Assembly: GCA_947445035.1 (NCBI GenBank)
Contig: CANFCK010000001.1
Span: forward strand, 50,044 to 114,043
DNA from: Deltaproteobacteria bacterium
GTDB lineage: Bacteria; Myxococcota_A; UBA796; SXON01
Direction of reading: 5' to 3'
Length of the DNA stretch: 64,000 bases
The position numbers and the translations under genes were made by a program. Below are positions 1 through 8,927 of the stretch, piece after piece; the stretch's first letter is position 1, and each line of letters starts with the position of its first letter. The notes under the pieces were generated by a model. It saw only the letters and a program-made list of their open reading frames with translations. It did no database searches and was not told the DNA's origin.

Positions 1-260
1 ACCAGCCGGGCGGTGAAGTCGGTGGCCGCCGTCGCCGCCGGTCCCCGCAGCTCGCGAACGTGCTTGAAGTCGGGGCTGTCGCTCAGCTGTGCCCACAGCC
101 GACCGGCGCTGCGTCCCCGCGCCCAGAGAACCGCCGAGCGCGGACCGACATCACCCACGGCAATGGACCGCGGATCGAGGCGCGTCTGTCCAGCCCACGC
201 CGTAGCCGGCGCGAAGAGGGCCGCCGATGCGCCCACCAGCGCGTCACGCCTGCTGATCAT
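1..260 (-). CDS. Tat-signal, PhoD-like phosphatase-family protein, N-terminal fragment (continues beyond window start)
   Basis: Absent from the ORF track because it is open at the window edge. The reverse-strand ATG (258..260) gives MISRRDALVGASAALFAPATAWAGQTRLDPRSIAVGDVGPRSAVLWARG... This shows a twin-arginine SRRDAL signal followed by a GDxxxxSAVLWxR opening like PhoD-type N-termini. Third-position GC is high. Confidence 0.5.
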   Translation of the reverse strand, partial: MISRRDALVGASAALFAPATAWAGQTRLDPRSIAVGDVGPRSAVLWARGRSAGRLWAQLSDSPDFKHVRELRGPAATAATDFTARL

Positions 261-375
261 CGGCCCGACGTATCTCGCGCCCCCGTGAGGGCGGCGCCGC
301 CGCCGCCCATCGGCGCGCAGCTCCGCGCCGACCTCGACGTTGACCGTGCCGTCCCGCGAGGCCCGTCTGGGACCT

Positions 376-633
376 CTAGGCTTCGGCCGGGTAGACGGAG
401 ATGAGCTTCTTGTTGGCGCGCGCTTCGAACTTCACCTTGCCGTCGACGTACGCGAAGAGCGTCCAGTCACGACCGATGCCGACGTTCTTGCCCGCGTGAA
501 AGACCGTGCCGAGCTGGCGAACCAGGATCGAGCCGCCGGTGACGGCCTCGCCTTCGCCGACCTTGACACCGCGATACTGCGGGTTGGAGTCGCGACCGTT
601 GCGAGAGCTTCCTTGCCCTTTCTTGTGTGCCAT
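376..633 (-). CDS. rpmA: 50S ribosomal protein L27
   Basis: 85 aa beginning [24 protein letters not shown]..., the canonical L27 N-terminus. It lies directly downstream of rplU. Confidence 0.97.
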   Translation of the reverse strand: MAHKKGQGSSRNGRDSNPQYRGVKVGEGEAVTGGSILVRQLGTVFHAGKNVGIGRDWTLFAYVDGKVKFEARANKKLISVYPAEA

Positions 634-636
634 GGT

Positions 637-945
637 TTAGCCCTCGATCCCGTTGATCTGAAGAATGGTCAGCTTCGCACGCCCGTTCTTCTGGGTGCGG
701 GTGCGGCGACGGTGCAAGTAGCGCACGTACTCGGTCTTTTCGCCTTGCTCGTGGGCTACGACCGTGGCCTTGACGCTGGCGCCAGGGACATGGGGAGCGC
801 CGACCTTCGGGCTATCCCCGCCGATCATGAGCACATCCGCGAATTCGATCGTGGAGCCGACTTCGGCGGTAAGCCGATCGACCACGAGCTGGGTCCCTTC
901 GGACACCCGATACTGCTTTCCGCCCGTGACTACGACTGCGTACAC
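637..945 (-). CDS. rplU: 50S ribosomal protein L21
   Basis: The C-terminal 102 codons of ORF 637..1233 read (V)[24 protein letters not shown]..., typical L21. There is a GTG start at 943..945. The upstream part of the ORF is Arg/Gly-rich junk. Confidence 0.94.
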   Translation of the reverse strand: MYAVVVTGGKQYRVSEGTQLVVDRLTAEVGSTIEFADVLMIGGDSPKVGAPHVPGASVKATVVAHEQGEKTEYVRYLHRRRTRTQKNGRAKLTILQINGIEG

Positions 946-1013
946 CTTGCACCACCTGAGAGCAGCGCCGGCTAACGTGGAGGTCCTGGGCGCGCAAGGA
1001 TCGTTAAGCCTCG

Positions 1014-2723
1014 CTAAGCCCGCCCCCCGAGTCGCAATCGGAGCGCATCCAGGCGGTTCTGAACCTCTTCGGTGCCCATGTCGGCGTAGCGCGGCGGCAA
1101 CATCGAACGCGAGCTGGCCTCGAAGACTGCGAGCAGCTCCATGTACTCCAGCATCCGGGTGTCCCGACTGGGCACCACGTCGGTGACGGCCCGATCGAGG
1201 TCGGCGGGGGTGATCTCGGCGCGCTCGTCCCAAGCCGCGAAGTTCGCCGCGGCCAGGACGACCGCCTCAAGCTCCGCGGCGCTGTAGCCCCGGGTGCGCT
1301 CGGCAAACGCCTCCCAGTCGACCTTCTTCTTGAAGGTGAGCTTGGCTCGCCGGGCGATGGCCTGGGCGATGTCGGTTCGTTCGGGCTCAGTCTCCGGGAA
1401 AAAGAACGGTATCTTCAGGTCGAAGCGACCCGGCCGCTTCAGATCGGTGTCGAGCTTGTCGGGCCGGTTGGTCATCATCAGGATGAGCACACGCCCGCGG
1501 TGGCTCGTGTCCGACATGAACTCCTTCAGACGAGCGATGACCCGTGACGATGTTCCGCCGTCGCCCTCCCCTCCCGAAGACAAGCTGCGGTCGGCCTCGT
1601 CGATGATGAGCAGGCAATAGCCGAGGCCGTCCACGACGCGGAGGATCCGCTCCAGATTGCCTTCGGTGCTGCCCACCCACTTTTCCCGGAAGTTCTTGAA
1701 CTTGAGGCAGGTCAGCCCGCTCGACGCCGCGAACGCCTCGGCCACAAAGGTCTTGCCGGTGCCCATCGGCCCGACGAAGATTGCCCCCATCGGCACCGCG
1801 CTCTTGCGGCCGGCTTTGATGGACTCCGAAACCCGCATCAGCGTCTGTTTGACGCCGACGTTCCCACCTACGTCGTCGAAGCTGTGGTGGGGATCGACAA
1901 ACTCGACCAGCCCGTGGCACTCCTGCTCGATGATCGCCTTCTTTCGCCGACTCACCGTCCGAAAGCTGATCGCTTCCTTGGACTGCCGGGCGGCGCGCAG
2001 GATGCCGCGGATCTGGGTGAGCGACAGGCCCGCGGTGAGCTTGGCGAGCTGTTCGTCGGTCAGTTCGCAAGGAACGTCGCGCCGATCCTGGGCCCGCAGG
2101 TACCCCGCCCGCGTCGCCTCGTCGGGCAAAGGCACCTCGATAGCCGCGAGATTTCCACTGGCGACCAGCCGGCGGGAGACGTCGGCCAGCTGCTCGGTGA
2201 CCAAAACCACGACGCTGTTGCCGCCCTGAAGCCCAGGATCAGCGCCCAGGCGCATCAGGGTGACGAGGTTGGCCTTTTCGCCCTCGCCCATAAACGCAAG
2301 GTCGCCGTTGGGCGCGATGGTCTCGATGTAGTCGATGATGACGGCCGCGTTGTGCGCTTCGGTGGTGACGAGGTCCTCGATCAGCGGCAGGACCGCGCCA
2401 GGGCTCTGCGGCAGGTCCCCGACCGCCTCCCGACCGGCGAGGGTGCGGACGTTGTTGACCGCGCGGATGAAGCCCGACTTGTGCGTCGGGGTCGGGAACT
2501 CCAGCCCCTCGGCGAGGTTGTAGTAGGCGACGACGTCCTTGGTCCGCGTGAAGGTGCGCTCCAAGAACACGCGGAGTGAGACGTAGCGGAGGGTGCCGTC
2601 GGCTTCGACCCACGGCTGGACGTCGCGAGCGTTCCCATGGAGCAGGAACACGCAAGCTTCCCCGGCAAGGTAGCGCTGACGCAGGTCGTCGGCCCAGGTG
2701 GGGAGCGTCAGGGTTGGCTTCAT
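1014..2723 (-). CDS. Classical-clade AAA ATPase with a degenerate N-terminal domain
   Basis: Walker A GPMGTGKT, Walker [10 protein letters not shown] and second region of homology [18 protein letters not shown] are present. The N-terminal half has no P-loop (FLLHGNARD sits at the equivalent position). Confidence 0.9.
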   Translation of the reverse strand: MKPTLTLPTWADDLRQRYLAGEACVFLLHGNARDVQPWVEADGTLRYVSLRVFLERTFTRTKDVVAYYNLAEGLEFPTPTHKSGFIRAVNNVRTLAGREAVGDLPQSPGAVLPLIEDLVTTEAHNAAVIIDYIETIAPNGDLAFMGEGEKANLVTLMRLGADPGLQGGNSVVVLVTEQLADVSRRLVASGNLAAIEVPLPDEATRAGYLRAQDRRDVPCELTDEQLAKLTAGLSLTQIRGILRAARQSKEAISFRTVSRRKKAIIEQECHGLVEFVDPHHSFDDVGGNVGVKQTLMRVSESIKAGRKSAVPMGAIFVGPMGTGKTFVAEAFAASSGLTCLKFKNFREKWVGSTEGNLERILRVVDGLGYCLLIIDEADRSLSSGGEGDGGTSSRVIARLKEFMSDTSHRGRVLILMMTNRPDKLDTDLKRPGRFDLKIPFFFPETEPERTDIAQAIARRAKLTFKKKVDWEAFAERTRGYSAAELEAVVLAAANFAAWDERAEITPADLDRAVTDVVPSRDTRMLEYMELLAVFEASSRSMLPPRYADMGTEEVQNRLDALRLRLGGRA

Positions 2724-2732
2724 CGGGCTGTC

Positions 2733-2987
2733 CTAGCGCGCGTGCAGCAAGAGGTCGACCAGCCCATCGACCGAGGGGGCGAGCGTGCGGCCGACGGAGG
2801 GGCCTTCTCCCGGCCTGGCGCTGCCGCCGTCGCCGGCTTCGAGCAGCACGCCAGCGCGCACTGGCTCGGCGACCCGCACCCGGACCACTCCCGCGACGGC
2901 CACTACGACTCCGCCCTCGCCCAGCTCCACCGCGCTTTGCGCCACCACCACCCAACCAGCCTCCGCGGCGGAGGCAATCCCCGTCAT
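2733..2987 (-). CDS. Small hypothetical protein (about 84 aa) packed between the HAL-like gene and the AAA ATPase
   Basis: The internal ATG (2985..2987) of ORF 2733..3278 gives MTGIASAAEAGWVVVAQSAVELGEGG... It fills the gap exactly: 29 nt after the upstream stop and 9 nt before the AAA start. Third-position GC is high. No recognisable motif. Confidence 0.4.
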   Translation of the reverse strand: MTGIASAAEAGWVVVAQSAVELGEGGVVVAVAGVVRVRVAEPVRAGVLLEAGDGGSARPGEGPSVGRTLAPSVDGLVDLLLHAR

Positions 2988-3016
2988 CGTTGGTCGGCGG
3001 CGGCGCGAGGGGCCCC

Positions 3017-4516
3017 CTACCAGGGAGTCGGCTGGTCCGCCGCAAGGCCGGCGCGGACACGCTCGCCCACGCTGCGCAGCGCCGGATGCAGGATCTGGTC
3101 GTCCTGCCAGAATGGCACCACCTGGCGCACCCGCCCGTGGAGGGCGAGGATCTGCTCGCCAACCGTCTCCGGAGGCCCGTCGATACGGACACCCTCGACC
3201 ACCCGCATCCCGCGCAGGCGCCAATCCAGGCCCTGGGCGGCGACGAGCGCCTCGATCCCGATGATGTCGGCCAGGCATTCCAAGACCCGCAAGGTGAGCC
3301 GCGCCGCGATCGGGCCCATGCTGACGTGATCCTCGTGGTGTTGCACCGTCGGGATGCTGTCGACACTGGCAGGATGGGAGAGCCCCTTACATTCGCTGGC
3401 CAGCGACGCGGCCGTGTACTGGGCGAGCATGAACCCGCTATTGAGGCCCGTGCCTTCGACGAGGAAGCTCGGCAGGTCCTGGGTGAGCGAGGCGGCGGTG
3501 AGGCGAAAGGTCCGCCGCTCGCTCTGAGTCGCGACCTGGGTGAGCGCGATTCGCAGGGTATCCATCGCCAGCGCCACCGGAGCGCCGTGGAAGTTGCCCC
3601 CCTCCACCACGCCCTCGCCTTCGAACCACAGCGGGTTGTCACACGCCCCGTTGAGCTCGTCCGTCACCGTGCCCTCCACCCACTCCAGGCAGTCGAGCGC
3701 GGTGCCCAGGACAGCCGGAGCGGCACGCAGCGAGAACGCGTCTGGGGCACCCACAGCGGCCCCTGGCGCGCCGAGCCGCTCACGAAGCCGCGTCGCGACG
3801 ATCACCCCGCCGCGATGCCCGCGGGCGGACAAAAGCGCGTTCGAGAGGCAGCGGGCGTCGGCCCGCGACACCGCCAGGGTCATCGCGCAGGCGTCCACGG
3901 CTGCGTCCAGGAGGCGGCGCGCACGGTGGACGGAGATCGCCGCCAGCGCGCTGGTGAGCGTGGCGCCGTTGATGACGGAAAGGGCCTCCTTCGGCGTAGG
4001 CGAGAAGCCCGCCAGCGGGGAAGGACCCACCGACCCGTCCGGGCGTTCCGCCGGACCCCCAAGCCCGAAGAGCACCCTGGCCACGTGGGCCAGCGGCGCG
4101 AGGTCGCCAGCGGCCCCCACCGAGCCCTGGCCGGGCACCACCGGGACGATCCCCGTGTTGAGCATGGTGCACATCGCATCCACCAGCGCGGGGCGAACCG
4201 CAGAGTGGCCGCTGGCCAGGACGTTGGCCCGGCAGGCCAACAACGCCCGCACCTGCCCGCTGGGCAGCGGGTCGCCCACACCGGCGCAGTGGTCGAGCAC
4301 AAAGCGCCGCACGCTCTCGTCCCCGGCGGCAGCCGGGGTGCCGAGCAGCACCTTGCGCTTCTGGTCGAGCACGCTCGGAAACGCAGGGTAGCCCCGCGCG
4401 GAACGCTCCATCGCCGGCCGCGCGCGGTCGGCGAGCCCAACCCGGGCGCCACCGGCGATGGCCGCGACGTCAGCCGCGGTCAAGCTCCGGCCGTCGAGCT
4501 CAATGGTCGGCGTCAT
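3017..4516 (-). CDS. HAL/PAL-family (aromatic amino acid lyase fold) paralog with a degenerate active site
   Basis: 499 aa. It has GSVGAAGDLAPLAH where the family has the GSVGASGDLAPLAH MIO triad, plus NGACDNP and QHHEDHVSM family motifs. The N-terminal YG(I/V)NTGFG motif is absent. Its start overlaps the upstream stop (ATGA). Confidence 0.85.
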   Translation of the reverse strand: MTPTIELDGRSLTAADVAAIAGGARVGLADRARPAMERSARGYPAFPSVLDQKRKVLLGTPAAAGDESVRRFVLDHCAGVGDPLPSGQVRALLACRANVLASGHSAVRPALVDAMCTMLNTGIVPVVPGQGSVGAAGDLAPLAHVARVLFGLGGPAERPDGSVGPSPLAGFSPTPKEALSVINGATLTSALAAISVHRARRLLDAAVDACAMTLAVSRADARCLSNALLSARGHRGGVIVATRLRERLGAPGAAVGAPDAFSLRAAPAVLGTALDCLEWVEGTVTDELNGACDNPLWFEGEGVVEGGNFHGAPVALAMDTLRIALTQVATQSERRTFRLTAASLTQDLPSFLVEGTGLNSGFMLAQYTAASLASECKGLSHPASVDSIPTVQHHEDHVSMGPIAARLTLRVLECLADIIGIEALVAAQGLDWRLRGMRVVEGVRIDGPPETVGEQILALHGRVRQVVPFWQDDQILHPALRSVGERVRAGLAADQPTPW

Positions 4517-6015
4517 GCGAACTCCCCCGCCGCGATTCGACAGGCGATGCGCTCGATCGCCTCACCCGGCACCTCCGCCCCCGCGACCAGCGCCTCGACC
4601 AAGGGGAGCGCCGCCTCGGCGCCGGCGCCCAGCCGCACGCCGGGCGCCTCCTCCAGGCGCATACGCAGGGCCCGCGACGCACACAGAAGCTCGATCGCGA
4701 CGACCCGGCGGCTGTTCTGCACCACCTCCCAGAAGCGCCAGGCGGCGGTGGTGGACATGGCCACGTGGTCCTCCTGGTCCTCACAGGTCGGGATGCTGTC
4801 GACGCTCATCGGCCACGCCAGCGCCTTGTTCTCAGAGACGAGCGCCGCCGCCGTGGTCTGCGGAACCAACATGCCCAGGTCCGGACGGTCGCGCCCGGCC
4901 AGGCCCGGCGGCAACCGGGAGCTGAGCGAGCCCGTGGTCAGGCGGTAGAGTCGACGCTCACTCAGCGACGCGAGCTCGGCGACCCCGATCTTCATCGCGT
5001 CGGCGGCGATGCCCACCGGCTCGCCATGGAACAGGCCCGCCGAAAACGCGTGGTTCTCCACGGCCTCGTCCATGAGCATGACCGGGTTGTCGGTGACGCT
5101 GTTGAGCTCGATCTCCACCGCGCGGCGGCCGTACGCCAGCACGTCGCGGGTGGCGCCCAGGACGATGGGCGTACAGCGCAGGGAGTAGGCGTCCTGCACC
5201 TTCTCGGGCATCGAGTCCACGAGCGAGCTGCCGGCCAGAAGCGCCCGCAGGTGCGCCGCGCTGGCGATCGCCCCGGGGTGGGGCCGGAGCGCGTGCACCG
5301 CTGGGTGGAACGCGCGACTGACGCCCCGGAGGGCTTCGATGCTCATGGCCGCCGCGCGCTCGGCTGTGCGCACCAGCACGTCGGCATCCGCCAGCGCCAG
5401 CGCCGCGATGGCCGTCGTGAGCTGGGCACCATTGGTCATCGCCAGGCCGTCCTTGGCCTCGGGGACGAGCGTCGCCAGACCGGCGGCCGCCATCGCCTCC
5501 GGACCCGTCATCAACGCGCCGCCGAACGGGACCTCGCCGCCCTCACCGAATACGACCAGGGCCAGATGGGAGAGCGGCGCAAGGTCGCCCGAGGAGCCAC
5601 AGCTGCCCTGCCGAGGCACGCGGGGGACGACACCCTTGCCGAGCATCGCGCACAGCGTCTCGACCACCAGCGGGCGGCAGCCCGAGGCCCCGCGCGCCAG
5701 CGCGTTCGCCCGCAAAAGCATCATCGCCCGCACGATGTCGTCCGGGCAGGGCGGCCCGACCCCCGCCGCGTGGGAGCGGATGAGGTTCCGCGACAACAGG
5801 CTGGTGTCCGCCGCCGCGATGCGCACCCGCGCCAGCGACCCGAATCCGGTGTTGATGCCATAGACCGGCTGGTCGCCGTGTAGCGTGGCCCGAACCCAGG
5901 CGTAGGAACGCTCCATCTCGGCCCGTCCTGCCCCTGAAAGCGCGACAGCGCCTGCCTGACGGGAGACCCGCACCAACTCAACCAGCGTCAGGGCGCGGCC
6001 GTCCAGCCAGATCAT
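4513..6015 (-). CDS. HAL/PAL-family MIO-type ammonia-lyase/aminomutase (HutH-like motifs, SSG triad)
   Basis: 500 aa with VYGINTGFG, RSHAAGVG, GSCGSSGDLAPLSHL, SVTDNPV and EDQEDHVAMS. All family motifs are present, but the triad is SSG rather than ASG. Confidence 0.9.
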   Translation of the reverse strand: MIWLDGRALTLVELVRVSRQAGAVALSGAGRAEMERSYAWVRATLHGDQPVYGINTGFGSLARVRIAAADTSLLSRNLIRSHAAGVGPPCPDDIVRAMMLLRANALARGASGCRPLVVETLCAMLGKGVVPRVPRQGSCGSSGDLAPLSHLALVVFGEGGEVPFGGALMTGPEAMAAAGLATLVPEAKDGLAMTNGAQLTTAIAALALADADVLVRTAERAAAMSIEALRGVSRAFHPAVHALRPHPGAIASAAHLRALLAGSSLVDSMPEKVQDAYSLRCTPIVLGATRDVLAYGRRAVEIELNSVTDNPVMLMDEAVENHAFSAGLFHGEPVGIAADAMKIGVAELASLSERRLYRLTTGSLSSRLPPGLAGRDRPDLGMLVPQTTAAALVSENKALAWPMSVDSIPTCEDQEDHVAMSTTAAWRFWEVVQNSRRVVAIELLCASRALRMRLEEAPGVRLGAGAEAALPLVEALVAGAEVPGEAIERIACRIAAGEFA

Positions 6016-6725
6016 GGAATGTCCGTCCAGAGCGAGGTCGGCCCGGCCTTGAGCCCGCCGTCCTCACCGACCGTGAACCACGCGCGGAAGCCCTTGTGCT
6101 CGGCCTGGCCGTGCACAAGGACCTCGAAGACCCCGTCCCCGTCGCGATCCACCGGGGCGGTCAGGACCGGCACCGCGCAGCTGGCCTCGGCCCCAGGCAG
6201 GGGCATCGTCGAAATCGTTCCTTCGGCCTCGGCGTCGAGCACCGCGATGGCCGCTTTGCAGTCGCCGGGATCCAGCACCGGCGCGCGCCCCCCTCCGGCA
6301 AGGGGGATTCCATGCGTACCAACGGTCGCGACCGCGAGATAGACCGGCGGCGCCAGCTTGCGGCGCATCTTCACCACGCTCCGCATCGACACGCCCGCGC
6401 CACGCGCCGGATCGATCTCCCGCGTCTTGTGGCTGCCGAGCACGTCCCGCAATCGGAATCCCGCCCGTTCCACCAACGCCGCCGGCACCGGGCCGCCCTT
6501 TTCGACGGCCGGAAGCTCCCGATCGACGATCCACAGCGGCCCGGCCGCCCCGAGGAGCGTCGTGCCGTCCGGACCGGGCGTCGGCACCCGCGTCACCGTC
6601 CCCGTGGGCCCCCAGAGCATGACCGGCGCGGTCAACGTGCCGCGCGCGACCGCGTTGGCCCCCGACTTGTAGACGCCGACGTCGGGGACGGGCGAGGGAC
6701 AGGCGAGTAGCAAGGCCAGGAGCAC
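6012..6725 (-). CDS. Hypothetical lipoprotein, first gene of the HAL-like operon
   Basis: GTG start. The N-terminus MLLALLLAC has a lipobox-like Cys. A DRDGDGVFEVLV FG-GAP-like segment lies near the C-terminus. The stop overlaps the next start by 4 nt. Confidence 0.6.
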   Translation of the reverse strand: MLLALLLACPSPVPDVGVYKSGANAVARGTLTAPVMLWGPTGTVTRVPTPGPDGTTLLGAAGPLWIVDRELPAVEKGGPVPAALVERAGFRLRDVLGSHKTREIDPARGAGVSMRSVVKMRRKLAPPVYLAVATVGTHGIPLAGGGRAPVLDPGDCKAAIAVLDAEAEGTISTMPLPGAEASCAVPVLTAPVDRDGDGVFEVLVHGQAEHKGFRAWFTVGEDGGLKAGPTSLWTDIP

Positions 6726-6748
6726 GCCGGCGCCTTATCCGCGTTTGC

Positions 6749-7279
6749 ATGTCCATCGACCCAGCCACTACCCAACTCCTCGTCGTGGACTACCAAGAGC
6801 GGCTCTTCGGCGCGATGCCCGAGGCGGCGAGGGAGAGTGCCCGCAAAGCCGCCGATACCCTCGTGTTCACCGCCCGCGAGCTGGGCATCCCGGTCACCTT
6901 CACCGAGCAATACCCCCAAGGGCTCGGCGCCACCCTGCCCGAGCTGGTCGCGGTCGATCCCTTCGTGAAGTTGGCGTTCGCCGCGACGGACGAGCCTGGA
7001 TTCGACGCCCGCCTTGCCGGACGACCCCACGTCGTGGTCTTCGGCATGGAGACCCACATCTGCGTCGCCCACACCGCTTTGGGCCTACGCGCCCGCGGAT
7101 TGGCGGTCAGCGTCGCCTACGACGCCTGCCTGTCGCGACGCACTGCCGATTCCGACGCCGGCCTGATTTGGATGCGCGAGGAAGGTGCGCTGATCTTACC
7201 GAGCGAGACCCTTATTTTTGGCTGGTTAGGGCGCGCCGAGGGTCCACTGTTCAAAGCGGTCAGTCGGCGCATTCGTTAG
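6749..7279 (+). CDS. Isochorismatase-family cysteine hydrolase
   Basis: 176 aa. LLVVDYQ near the N-terminus, VVVFGMETHICV with the catalytic Cys context, and overall length all fit the isochorismatase family. Confidence 0.85.
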   Translation: MSIDPATTQLLVVDYQERLFGAMPEAARESARKAADTLVFTARELGIPVTFTEQYPQGLGATLPELVAVDPFVKLAFAATDEPGFDARLAGRPHVVVFGMETHICVAHTALGLRARGLAVSVAYDACLSRRTADSDAGLIWMREEGALILPSETLIFGWLGRAEGPLFKAVSRRIR

Positions 7280-7386
7280 GCCACCAAAAAAAGAAACGCC
7301 GAGCCTCCCTACACGCAGGCGTCTGAAGGGGGACAAACCTGCGCGAGTGGGACGTCTCGGCGAACGGCGCCTATCCCGACCCCCGA

Positions 7387-8883
7387 CTACCCGCCGCACT
7401 CCGGGGTCTCGTTTTCGATCCGCTTGAGCTCGTCCAAGCCGGTGTCCGCGCCCCAGACGTCCTCGCCGATCTTGTTGATCTCGAAGCTGCCGTTCATCGT
7501 CCACACCGAGCCCGAGCTGTCGTTGCTGTAGAAGAGCACCTGGAAGTCACCGACCAGCGGGGAATCCAGCGTGCCCGGCTCAAGCGCGTCGACCTCGTCG
7601 CGCGTGGCCTTCAGCCGAACCCAGCCGGGGTTGATCGAGGACCAGTTGTCGAAGCCCTCGGGCTTGCCGCCCTCCCCAGCCGGGGTCGTGCGCCAGGAAT
7701 TGTCTTCGATCTTGATGGTGAAGGGGAGCGCGTCGCGCGGGAGCGCCGCGTAGTTGGCGAGCTCGTCCTGAACCGGCGCGTAGCTGACGTCGTCCCCATC
7801 CACGCCACCATTGTTGAAATTGTCCTGCAACAACTGCACGAAGTCAGGGTAGTCGGCGATGTTGCAGGAGTCGCCATCCTTGCCGCAATTCAGCTCCGGG
7901 TACTGTTCGGCGCCGACATCGTCGCCGACGCCGTAGCCGGAGACCGTCTTGCCGTCGTCATCCACCCCGACCCACAGCGGGGTAGCGGCGGTGGCCGAGA
8001 AGTCCGCGAAATCGCTGGTGTACATGTACGCGTCTTCGTCGGCGAAGCGCGAGAACGACGCGCCAGCGAGCCAGGTGCGATCGAAGTACCAGTAGTCCCC
8101 GGTGTCGTTGGGGTTGACCTGGGCCGCACCCGAGTTGAGCATGTACACCGTGTAGCCAGCATCCTCCTCGTAGGCCGACGACCACCCGTCGATCCAGTTG
8201 CCATCGTCAAACAGGGTGCGTTCGGTGGCGACGCCGTCGATGTCCACACACTCGGTGGGCTGGAAGTTGGGCTTGATGACCCAGCCGAAGCGCACGTCCC
8301 CGAACTTGGTGTCCATGTGAAGGGTCAGCTGCAGGTCGCCTTCAGAGGTGATGATCGCCTCTTCGCGCCAGGTCGCCACGTCGCCGTGGTTCAGGTAAAA
8401 CGACTTGTCATCAAAGAAGTTGAGGTAGCGCGCAGTCTGCACCGTGCAGTCATCCGGCGTGAGCATGTCGCCGTCGGGATCGTTCTCGGGGTCGTCATCG
8501 TGCGCCTCGGCGCAGCAGAACTCCTCGTAGTTGGCGTCCCAGCCCGGAATGAGCGCGTCCCGGATCCGCACCGGATTGTCGGAGTACGGCGCCGCACCGA
8601 ACGTGCGACAGTCGAACGGGGTCAGATCGTACGCATCCTGAAACGCCTTTTCCGCCTTGACCTTGTCTGCCCAGCATTCGTCGGCGAAAATCTGTTCGGG
8701 GTCGATTTCGTCGGCGAGGGGATCATTCTGATCGTATTCGCACTGTACGGCGGCTTCGTCGCGACGGAGACGCTGTACGTTGCTCGACGTGGCCGCGGCA
8801 AAGTACATGGCGTACGTTCCCTTGAACGTGGCGTCATGGGGGTCACAGCCGCCGAGTAGGGCGAGCACGAGGGGAAGGGACAT
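7387..8883 (-). CDS. Acidic secreted lipoprotein, hypothetical
   Basis: Internal ATG at 8881..8883 gives MSLPLVLALLGGC (lipobox). The protein is rich in Asp/Trp/Tyr and has several Cys pairs. The upstream part of ORF 7387..9177 is Arg-rich junk and would overlap the neighbouring gene. Confidence 0.7.
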   Translation of the reverse strand: MSLPLVLALLGGCDPHDATFKGTYAMYFAAATSSNVQRLRRDEAAVQCEYDQNDPLADEIDPEQIFADECWADKVKAEKAFQDAYDLTPFDCRTFGAAPYSDNPVRIRDALIPGWDANYEEFCCAEAHDDDPENDPDGDMLTPDDCTVQTARYLNFFDDKSFYLNHGDVATWREEAIITSEGDLQLTLHMDTKFGDVRFGWVIKPNFQPTECVDIDGVATERTLFDDGNWIDGWSSAYEEDAGYTVYMLNSGAAQVNPNDTGDYWYFDRTWLAGASFSRFADEDAYMYTSDFADFSATAATPLWVGVDDDGKTVSGYGVGDDVGAEQYPELNCGKDGDSCNIADYPDFVQLLQDNFNNGGVDGDDVSYAPVQDELANYAALPRDALPFTIKIEDNSWRTTPAGEGGKPEGFDNWSSINPGWVRLKATRDEVDALEPGTLDSPLVGDFQVLFYSNDSSGSVWTMNGSFEINKIGEDVWGADTGLDELKRIENETPECGG

Positions 8884-8927
8884 CTTCGACTCCGACCCCG
8901 TCCTATAGGCCGTCAGGGGGCGGTTCG

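Noticed and set aside
2576-4948. A 790-aa plus-strand ORF, and similar long ORFs at 2239..3642, 3540..4391 and 4765..5883, overlapping the HAL-like genes.
   Set aside because: They are Arg/Pro/Gly/Ala-rich with no motifs, and lie antisense or out of frame to genes with clear family signatures. These are typical high-GC shadow ORFs.
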